Origin: Tricharina praecox | Taxonomy: Eukaryota | Assembly (NCBI RefSeq): GCF_024521635.1 | Contig: NW_026250405.1 | Span: 682,001 to 746,000 of the forward strand | Direction: 5' to 3' | DNA: 64,000 bases | Part shown: in pieces, positions 39,543 to 50,415 of the stretch | Position numbering within the stretch: the stretch's first letter is position 1 | Layout: every line of letters begins with the position of its first letter | Made by a program: the position numbers and the translations under genes | The notes under the pieces: generated by a model | What the model saw: only the letters and a program-made list of their open reading frames with translations | What the model was told of the DNA's origin: nothing | Database searches by the model: none

Positions 39543-42500
39543 CTCCGGTTTGCTCCCACGACTCACGAGGGATCTAGGTGGTTACCTAGTGGACGCCACG
39601 AAACGCACGGCGCGAGGCACCCCCCCCCCCCCCCCCCCTCCCTCTCCACCTCCTCCGAGCCGTTGCATTGTGGAGAAGAGAGATGCCGCGGCGGCTTTCC
39701 GTGTGGAACCTGGGTAAGCTCGTGGAGTCGGTACCTATGTTAGGTTGTTAGGTGCCGACGGTACTCGACTCGTCCTCAGGACTACATATCAGCCGACCAG
39801 CCAGCCTTCCAACTCCCCCGTACCGTACGTAGGCCCCAAGGCTGCGGTGCAGCCCTAGACGAAACGCGGCCGGACCGGTCACCGAACCCAGTTACATACG
39901 CAGTTACGCAGTTACGCAGTTACGCAGGACGGGAACGAACGAACGAGCGAACGAACCAACAGCCAATGAACCAGCGGACGAACCAACCGACCAACGAACC
40001 AACGAACCAACGAACCAACGAACCAACGAAGGAACTTGGAAGGAAGCACAAAGAAGCAGATACAGAAGCAGAAGCAGAAGCAGAAGCAAACGGCCCAGCC
40101 CGTTGGCCGGGGACGCGATTCTATGTATGCATGTATGTGTGTAGGTAATTATGTATGTACGGCACGCAACGCACCCAACTACGGCAAGTAGGCACAGGGG
40201 ACGCCGGCAGGCAGGCAGGCATTCAGTGGTGGTGGTGGTAGTGGTGGTGGTGTGTCGTGTGTGTCATGCGCTACTACCGGTAGCTAGTAGTCACGGCGGC
40301 GGCGGCAACAGCGGAAACGACTGGAAAGGCTGGCTGGATGGCTGTGGCCGAGATGTGGCCGATAGTCGGACCTCCTGCATCGATTGCATAATCGACGGCC
40401 CCGCAGGCCGCATCGTCACCGCGTCGCCCCATCGCCGCCAATCGTGTCTTCCGCAACGCCCCAACGCCCAACGCCCAGATCAACGCCCAGCTCAACCCGC
40501 GAGCGAGGAGTGAGGAGTCCCCGGTTTTCGCATTCGTTTTCTTTTGTTCGTGCAGCAGCAGCAGAAGCAGCACCAGAAAGAAGAAAAAGAAGAAGAAGAA
40601 AGAAGAAGAAACAGCACCATCACACAAGGCGGAAGTGTACTAATGTTGAATGTTGGTATGAAGCATGAAGATACCGAGCTATCGTTGGCTGGCTGGAGCG
40701 CTGCGAGTGTCCCACCCAGCACCCCTCCCGGCCCGTCTCGCTTCCCCCCGATATTCTACCTACATCATACATCATACATACATGTGCATACCCACCCACC
40801 TCATGCCTGCCTGACTGACCGGCCGACTGTGCGGTGAAGCAAGTAGAGCATGCACGAAGACACGCAGGTAGCCAGCCGTTGGTATGATATGTATAATGTA
40901 ACCATCTCAGGCTTCAGCCAGTGTAGATTGTGTATGGTTTTTTTTATTTTTACATCCCTTTGCTTTTGCTTTTGCCCTCCACACACACTCCGAGACTCCT
41001 CAGAGTCCGACTGTCCGAGGAGGAGGAGGAGGCGGCGGCAGGATGATGATGATCCTCGCCACCCCCACCACCCTCAGCCTTGTGTCTCGGGCTGCTTCCT
41101 CTCGCCGTCACCCTCACGCTCACCCTGCATCGAGAGCTCAAGAAGAGAGAGAGGGAGAGGGAGAGGGAGAAGAGAAAGATCTAGACTGAACTAGAGATGA
41201 GGAGGGTGTGTTGCGTTTGCACTTCCTTTTGGAATCGGAGATCGGCCCCGACGCCGCCGTTCATGGGCTTCGGTTTTCTGATGTGAATGGGCAGAGACAC
41301 ACACACACACCCACACACCCACATACACCCGCACGCACGCACACCGTTCGTACAAACCTACACTATCGACGCGCATCGGGAATCAGGATCTGATATAATA
41401 ACGGTGGCTTCGGTTGATGGTGAACCGTGACTTGGAAGGGAAGGGTGGGGATAGGGCGGCGGCGAAGCACTGCTGGAGAAGAGGGGAAATAGGTACTAGT
41501 GAATGGGGGGGGTGGGTGTTTTTTTCCTCTTTCTTTCTTTCTTTCTTCTCGGGAGCTGTCTGGACTCTGGTGCGTTGTAACTTGTGCCCCGGGAGTGGGT
41601 GCTTGTGATGTTATAGCCCAGGTTTGCCTGAATAATGTGATGAATCTGGGAAGGCGGAGTGGTTCAACGATTCGGATAGAGATAGGTAGGTCGTTGACTG
41701 AGCACTGTACATAGGTTTGAAGTACTTTGAAGTACTTTGCATGTACGATGAAGTGTGCATGTCCTGGTAGATAGTTGAATGTACCCAACGCGGTGGCATT
41801 GGATGGAGACGGTAACTGTAGTTACCTGTGTTGTATTGGGTGCTGTGCTGTGTAGCCTCCCTGCTGCCCTCATCCGTCGACGCGGCGGTACGGTTGTAAG
41901 AAGTAATACAAGCATAACTGGACGAGGGGGGGAGGGGGTGGGGCGCGTCGGCAGCGGTGGATAAAACACCGTGCCAGTGGTTCAGATCTTGCGGGATGCC
42001 CTTTCGTTCCGAATCGATGGAGACAGCTCCAGCAGTCGCAATGTTTTTTCTTGGCTCCCTGGTGTGTGTGGTGTGTGGTGTGTGTGGGTGGGCTTCCGAG
42101 TGTGCGTGTGTGCGTGTGTGCGTGTGTGCGTGTGTGTGTGTGGGCTGGCTTCCGAGTCGAATGGGTAGATAGTTCGAGCTCAGGGTTTAGCTGAAGATGT
42201 TGTTGGGTGTGTAACAAGGTGTTCGATGTGCCGGAGCATTGCAGCATTGCAGCCTTGGAAAAAGCAAAAGCAAACTGCGGGCTGAAGGTGGGATCTCTCA
42301 GAAAAAAAAGACGTTATGCCCAAGCGCCCAATGGGTTCCCAAAGCGGCATCCTTCCTTTTTCCCTCCCACGGGCGCCGCTCGCGAAGCGAAGGACCCCCC
42401 CTTGTCCGTTTTATTCTTTCTGGCCTTTCGTGCGCAATGCGGTTTAGCCTGGCAGTTGACGATTGGGTTGGTGAGGCGAGGTGAGGCGAGGTGGTGGGGA

Positions 42501-43021
42501 GGGAGCGTGAGGTTGGATCACGGTGCGCACAAAGGTCTTCTCCATCGACAACCTCCCTAAGCTACTCTAGATCAACATCGGTCGATAGAGTATCGCAACA
42601 ACAACAACAGCTAAAGCGCACACGTGTTGTCTCAAACCGATAGCACTTCCGTTTCAGACCGATTGCGGCGACTGCGGCTGCTGAGCCGGGAGAGAGAGAG
42701 AGCTCTTGGCCGGATGATCCAAACCAAGGTAGGTATCTCAGCATCTGAAGGTGATGATACCTCCGAGGCGAGTGGTTGTCACTTGGAGTAGTTAGTTGGT
42801 ACTTAACTGCCGGTACCCAACCCAGCGAAGCAAATCCGATCCTTCATGGCTAGAAGCTGTTGGCAGCCGGACCCCGAGCTGTGATGACTGCTGGGTATGT
42901 CGCAGTAGACCGATCAGCAGCAGCGTGCTGGAGAATGAGCGACTCGACTGTGTGGATGTTGAATGTTGAGCGGGTAGGACAGGTAGATACTGAAGAGCGG
43001 CAGCTGCAGAGGTGACGCAGC

Positions 43022-43262
43022 CTTGGAAGTGAAACGGCGAGTATGAAGGATGATTGAGACGTTGAAGTTCTATTCAACTTCGAAGAGCCATCGAACATGG
43101 CTCTCCTCCGCTGCCTACAACGTTCGGTGCCACTCGATCCGGCTAGCCCGGCTATCTCCACCATTCGGACCCACCGATCCCACTAACTAGCACCTCCTCC
43201 CATCTTATCTGATCCCTATATCTATCCTACATCTCGCTGCTCGCATGGTGATGGCAGACAAC
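43022..43262. repeat. Dispersed ~200-bp element, copy 3 (solo)
   Basis: Colinear with 28981-29163 from GGAAG..GGCGAGTATG to GGCAGACAAC. Confidence 0.85.
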
Positions 43263-45254
43263 AAGAAGATCGTAGACTACCGGTAGATATCGTGCTATCA
43301 TATTCTACACACTCCAAGGTGAGTTGCCTGGCCAGCGCGCTGCAAGCCATCACCACCATGCAAGCCACACCATCCGCCACTCGTCGCTCGATGCTCGAGA
43401 AAGACATAGCTACTCTACTACAGGTAGATAGCTGCAGCACTAATCCACGGGCTGCCGAGTACCTACTCTCGTAGGACATAGAATCAAGCAAGCGGTCAGG
43501 CGTGTCCGGGTCCAACCGGAGGAGTACCATCAGGCTCGGCGCGAGTCTCAACGGCTGTTTGTTACCAGCACTCGATTGATGATGATGATGATCGCCTGCG
43601 TGATGATTGATCGGAAGCACGCACGCACGCACGTACTTCAAGGTGATTACACCCCACTATATCCGCACTCTACTCTACACTGGTGGCATACACCTACCGT
43701 TTCGAGAGGTTGCAGACTTGCAGACTTGCAGTTGCTCGTGTGACTTTGATCACCAGTGCGCCGTTCAACTCGGTGATCGGATTATGGAGCTGTGGTGGGT
43801 ACATACTACTATCTTGTACCGGACAAATGAATGATGTCGGACTCGTGGCGTCGACGTTCATCAATTTGCAAGCGATGAAGGAGGAGGACGACCTTCAAGC
43901 CTCCGGCCTTCCCCTCCGTCTCCACCTCCGTCTCCGTCTCCGGCTCCTTTCCTCCTGCACGGACGGATGCTGAACATTCATTCCAGTGAGCGAGTGAATG
44001 GGAGCCTGCTTGCTGCGCATGCATCGACATCTTGTACGAACCAGCTAACTAGCCAACACCCGTATGTATGCAAGCAAGCGCTGACCTACTCGCCTGTGGG
44101 GGAGGGGAGCAGCTGTATGATGACGAGATATAGTTCACCCCGGCGGAAGTTCAGTTTGCGACTCGATGTTGGGAACAGTTTGTATGGTATGCATGGTATG
44201 TATGATACGTAGTCGGGCTGGATCCCCCCGGTCCCGATGGTTAATCCCGTCCCAGAACACCACCAGTGACCACTGGAGTATGTACCACATAACTGCCACC
44301 ACACCGGTGGACAGCCGAATAATATTGACCTCTGCTATGACTACTACCGTACATAGTACTAGTTCCTGCTCGTATCGATTGGTCTGCCATGTCCGAGAGT
44401 CCCTGGCTCCCCGGCTTTCGATATCATCTTTCTGAGAATCGTGGGGGGTTCTGACTGTCTTCTCCCGGTACCTACGTACGTACGTCCGATACGTTACTAA
44501 TCTACGATTATGGCCCTTTGCCCGCTTACTCACTCACTCACTCACTCACTCAGTTGTACATGCCTAATCGCCGCTGGGGGGGCTTCAATCAGGCGACACT
44601 CTATCGCGCATACCCATCATGCCACGATCAATCATGAGTCCCTCGGATCTACCCTTGTTTATTCCTCGGGGTTTTCCATCGAATATTCGGTACCTTCCAT
44701 CAGCGTCGTCATCTCTGCCTCCTTCTAAGTTCTCGGCTCGTGAATGCTCGCTCGAGGGAAATGTTACATCCACGTATCTAATCGACCATGGTGGTTCAGC
44801 AGCACAGCACATCAGATTATTCCGGCGCCAAAACACCTTTTCCGACACCGTGACCTGCCGACCGTTCGGAAGCTTGCGCCTTGTCGGATTCCGCTGGCGG
44901 CCGCGGTGTGTGTGAGAGAGAGAGTGTGTGTGAGCGTAGTTATGTGTGTGTGGTGGGCGCACGAATGTGGGTGTAATGGGTGTATAAGGAAATCATCCCC
45001 CACAGATTCAATATATCGGGATTTGAGCGAGGTTCCAGGGAACAGGGAGAAGGAGCGGGAAGCTACGACCAACTTCCTGACTGATGGGAATTGGAACTCC
45101 CCTCCACCCCCCTCCTTCGTCGCTCGCACAAGGATGTACCGTTTCCATTCGCTGCAGCTAACACCAAAGCTGTGCTACAGTGGATGAAGATCCGGAGATG
45201 TGTCCATGTCACCCCTCCACCCTCCACCATCCACAACCCACAACCCCTCCAGAG

Positions 45255-45312
45255 TCCACCCCCTCCACCCCTCCACCCCTCCACCCCTCCACCCCTCCAC
45301 CCCTCCACCCCT
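45255..45312. repeat. (CCACCCCT)n octamer repeat, about 7 copies
   Basis: Direct reading of the sequence. Confidence 0.85.
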
Positions 45313-46931
45313 CCCCCTCACTGCACCGCACTTCTCTTCACGCCTCCTCTTTTTCCTGGACAATTCACCAACTCCGAACTAACTAGTAGCCTTCGGTAGT
45401 TGACACGAATAGATTGCGGTGGGCACTGGGCTGACTGGTATGTGTGTAGGTATGTAGGTGACTCGGAGCTTGGGGGATTGTGTGACCTCAATCTCTTGTC
45501 GACAGGGAAACTGCCTGGCAGCTGGCAGTTGGGATGAGGGAACGGACGAACGCGAACGTTGAGGCCCATCCTCAGGAAGGCCTTGTCGGTTTCTGGCCTA
45601 CTCGCCCACCATCATGTCGACAGTGTCCCACGTAACCTAACCCCGTGAAGCCTGCTGATGAGGAGCGCGCGCGCGAGCGGGGGACCGGGAGGTTTCTCAA
45701 GTTGCTCGCCTGCTTTGACTCCTTGCCCTGCTGCCTGTATGTTTCTTCTGCGCCTGTGTGTTGTACCTATCTGAGACCGTAGCTATGGACGGATAGGCTA
45801 CCCGTAGGGTAGGATAGGGTAGGATAGGACAGGATGGATGCTCTGCGCATATTTCCCTGGATAGCTGGCAGACGCGAAATATTTCTAACAGGTCGTCTTG
45901 TCGTTGTTGTTCGCCGGGCTTCCTCCACCGTGGATGGCCGCAGTGCGGTACCGTTATCGATTGATTTTCTTTGACGCAATCCTTTTTTTCTTTGCTGCAT
46001 GCCGTTGGCTCAGCTGCGTTATGCTTGCTCCCCTCTGCAACCTCTGCTGCCGCCGCCGGACGTCTGCACCGTTTGATCTGACTGACTGACTGACAGGACA
46101 TGGCAGTATACCTACGCCGTCATTGACGCTGCTGACAGCTGAGGCGGGGTCTAGAGTATGGGGTCTGGACGTGCTCTTTGGAGGATTTAGACGGAAGTTA
46201 CAAAGATGAGGGGAAGCTTTACTACATACGTAGCAAATCAGCTCGGCGAAGAGGTAATTATGGCGGTTTGCTTTCTTCTTCAGTTTTCCTTTCTTTTGGT
46301 GGAAGACCGTTTGTTCCTGTATCTGTAACCAGCGGATGTCCAGGGTAAAAGTTGAAACTAGTAGTGCTCCAGCAAAAGGAACTTTTAGGATGCGCGTTCG
46401 GTTTGTTTTCGGCGATGATACGTTTTTTTTTTTCCGCAGGAGATCCATGGCAGGCCAGACGTGCGTTGTGCGCGAACGAGACTTTTTTTTTTGCGGGGAA
46501 CGGAGGGGTTGTGTTCTCCGACTGAGGCTCTGCTGGATTGGGCGGGGCCACTAATCACAGCACTAGCTCTCAGTCCAACCAAAGTTACTGCGGGTTGCAA
46601 CTTGTGCTTGACTTTCTTCTTTTCTTTGGGCCCGTGCATGTGGTGAACACAGCGCAACCCCGACGACCGTTGCACTTCCAACCTCACTTCCCACACACAT
46701 CGCAACCAACGACCAACGACTCAACGGCCCCAACGATCAACGACCGACCACCTCCACCTCCATCACCCACGACCGCCACCTCCACCTCCCCCGCGAACTT
46801 CGCCGCCACACAGCGCCATCATCTCCGCGGTCCTCTCGGCTCGAATCCTCTCTACCGTCATCAGCAGAAAAAAAGATCCTTGAAAGACACCTAAACACGT
46901 CATCCCCAAACAAAGCTAAACGAACACCACA

Positions 46932-48459
46932 ATGAACTCCGGCAGTGACGACCAGAGGTGAGCTCCCCTCCGATGCAAGCAGCTCAGCTCACGCACACTG
47001 CCACGCTCCCCCGCCCCCGCGGTTATCAGACCTCCAATGATCTACATACACCCATCAATTACACTTTCGCCGACACGCCGTGGCGGAGATGGGGGCTAAC
47101 ATGGTGAACAGATGGCGCAGCTCCGATGCCCGGCGAGGAGGTCAGGGCCGGGGACGCAACATGCCCCGTGACGGTGGCTACTCCGGTCAGGGCTACAATA
47201 ATCAGAACAACAACAATAACAACAACAACAACAACAACAACAACAGCAACGGCAATACGAATGCATGGGGTGGCGGCGGTGGTGGGCGCGGGGGCATGAA
47301 CAACCAGAATCATCACCATCAACAGCAGCAGCAGCACTCCCAGTCCGGCAGCAACACGGGATACCATGAGCAGCATGTGCCGGTGAATGGATTCAACGCT
47401 CAGGAAGCTATCGAGATGCTCACTAGAGGTATGTACTTAATTACTGCCGTTTCTTCTTCTTTCCTGTCTTCGGCGTCTTGGCCACTCTTGACGTCGTGGA
47501 ACTTCCGCTTCCGAACTTCTCGGATGGGCTCCTCGCTACGCGTCCTGAGCACGGCAGACCTTAGGTCTTGGCCCCATGTCGAAGCTGTTCATTTGCATAG
47601 CCAAATATATTCAAAACGCTTTTGTGTGCGACATTCGGTCCATGTTGCCCTTTTCGGATACCCTGCGCAACTCGACTGTGACTGCTGAAAAGTTGCAAGG
47701 CCGCTACGGTGGTGGTGGGGTCAATTCCCTCGCACTTATCGCCCTCCATCTGACGGGGTGGTTGGGGCTGCTGTATCTCGGCGATGCGGTAGATGCACAT
47801 ATCTTCTGGCGCCTAACCGGCCCATATGCCTTTACCGGGACCCCCAATTGCGCCATTATGTCTTGCAGACGGTCCCAACTACTTGGTATCCGACACATGA
47901 GGAATGGGCGCTTGGGGATATCCCTAAGATCCCGTCACGCTTGCTTGCTTCATTCTTTCCTCAATCGATCATCGGCCGAACGAAAGTGGACAGGCGGCTG
48001 ACGTTTTTTCCCTTTAGCCTATGACACTCACATTCAGGCTGCCCGCTCATCGCTCGTAGATGGTATGTTACATACCTCGATGCATTTTCGGTGATCCGTA
48101 TCCGTGCTTCTTCTATACGCGGACCTGTCACCGATAGAGCTTTGCGGAATGCTACGGTATTCGGCTGTTGGTGGATTCGGCTGACTGATTGCTTGCTTGC
48201 GGCTCAGGCGATAAGCCCATCCTCTACAAGGGCGATAAGGGCTGGTCTACTCCGAAGGGCAACAACAACGCGTGGGGACCGAAACGTAAGTCCATCCCAC
48301 CAACTCTTGTATCGCCTTGGTGGTGCCTGACTCTCTTTTTTCTCTATAGGAAACGCCATGGCATCGGGCAACGACTTCTTGGCTCAGCTCAAGAAGAGCC
48401 ACCAGGCATTCCAGCAGAGCAATGGCCGTGGCGAGCAGCAGGGCAATGCTCGCGAATAG
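46932..48459 (+). CDS. Small N/Q/G-rich hypothetical protein; exons 46932-46957, 47112-47428, 48018-48062, 48208-48285, 48350-48459
   Basis: Four canonical introns (GTGAGC/GTATGT/GTATGT/GTAAGT donors, CTAAC/CTGAC branches) join in frame: MNSGSDDQRWRSSDARRGGQGRG...EQHVPVNGFNAQEAIEMLTRAYDTHIQAARSSLVDGDKPILYKGDKGW...AWGPKRNAMASGNDFLAQLKK...RE*. Function not recognised. Confidence 0.75.
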
Positions 48460-50381
48460 TGGCTTCGGGGGAGTAGGTACTTAGTGAGTGGGGGGTGGTG
48501 TTTTTTTCTTCTTCTCTGAGCGTCGGATGGGAGACCCTTCTTTGCGGAACATCCACTTTTATGCGATGTGATGCTCCGCGTCGATAATAAATGCTATCAT
48601 GACTTGTCACCGAGCTACCTTTCGGTTCACAACGTGAAATTCGGCATAACGACTACCTAGATCCAACACGTTCCCGCACTGGAAAAAGGATAATCTCGGG
48701 CCGAAGATGGTGACTTTCACCCGGGAATTACATTGTACCACTCCCGGTCACTCATTACACTCCGTCCTATCGGTACCCGTAGCCCAGTCCGACGGCCGGC
48801 TCAGATTGATATCATGTGTACTCGGTAGGATATAGAAGAACTATTTCCAAGCATCCTTTCCACAGACCACCTACCACTAGAAAATTCCCACTACCTAGTA
48901 TCCGAGCATGATTCAACCGTCAAGTCCCCTCGGCCGTGATGAGTTGTATATAGCGATGTAGTGATTTTCCTTGCGCTTTAGCCTTCCATCTGCTTTGTCA
49001 TGCGGTCAGAACAGAACAGAGCAGAGCAGAGGTCTAGATCTCCAGATTCCAGTCCAGTGTCCAGTATCCACAAGCTCCATTCAAACGCCCAGATACGGCA
49101 TGTACGGTATGTACTCTCTACATACATATGAGGAGTCTGCGAGTCCAACCAAGCCTGCAATAGCCGGTTTCGCCACGCCACGCCACGCCTCGTGCGTCGT
49201 GCGTCGTGCGTCGTGCATGCTTCGGGGGGGTAGTCACTGGCTGACTGGGTCCCGTCCGTCGTCTTGCTTGCTTGGGAGTGCGTGGGAGTGCCCGGGAGTG
49301 CGCACGGCGGGTAGCTCGCGCGAAACGGATGGATGGTGCACAAACAAGCTCACAAGGTTACATAACGGTGCCGTACATACCGTACCGTCAGAGCACCGTA
49401 TTGGCTGCGGGGACGCGGGAGTGGGAGTGGGAGTGGGAGTGGGAGGGAGAATCGCGATGAGGTGTTTACTGGTATCATAGGTAGTTTCTGCGATTGGGCA
49501 ATTATCAGGGACGTAGAGTAGGGTAGGATGTGTATGCATCCATACGTAGGAGGGGTGGTCGACATAACGTTGCGTTGCGGACGTGGATGCGGACGTGGGT
49601 GGATGCAAGGGACGTTTGTCTCGGGGAAGCCTATATTCCTCCCGGCCCCCCGGGGGGGCGCGGGGGATTATTTGTCCGTCCGTATGTGTGGCGGCTTTGC
49701 GACTCGACTCAACTCGGGAGGTCGGTATGCATGAGGAGGTATGAGGTATGTATGCACATACGGTACGAGGAGGTTGCATGTATGTACGTTCGTACTTACC
49801 TAAGGTAAGATGTATGTCCCGGTATGTAGCGGAGACGACGTCGGAGAAGGCCAGCGGTGGGCAAGGGTCCATCCACCCATCCATCCCATCCATCCAGAAC
49901 GTGAATACGGAGATGGAGGGGGGTTGAGCGGGGTAGGTAACTATTATGTCTCACCCGACCTGGCCTGGGCTGGACTGGAAAGGGAATTGAATGGGAATGG
50001 AAGGGGGCACGTGGTATCAGCGGTTGGATGGACCATGGCGTGCTCTTTCCCCTCTTCAGTGTCATCCAGGCTCCAGAGGGCCAGAAGGAGGGTCATGTAG
50101 TTATTGACTCGGAAACCGCGGTGCTGAGTTATGTACCTACCTGCTCTGCTGCATGGGCCATCATCAATATCAGCAGCAGCAGCATCATCATCATCATCTC
50201 ATCTCTTGAAACGAAACACCCTCATTCTGCACCGTTTACCCCACCCTCCCAGCTCTCCCAGCTCCCGAGTCCCAGCACCACCACCACTACCACCACTACC
50301 AACCCACCACGGCGACGTCACATCATTTCCACTCCCAACAACACCCGCATCCGCATCCGCATCAACATCAGCATCAACATC

Positions 50382-50415
<34 letters not shown>

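Noticed and set aside
47463..47545. RNase P/MRP-like P1-P2-P3-GGAA layout and HDV-like CTCCTCG loop in the long intron
   Set aside because: The 3' linker is too short for CR-V, and the HDV P3/P1 pairings could not be built.
47915..47930. ATATCCCTA as the snR30/U17 m1 motif
   Set aside because: The partner m2 motif AAACCAT is absent and the match is imperfect.
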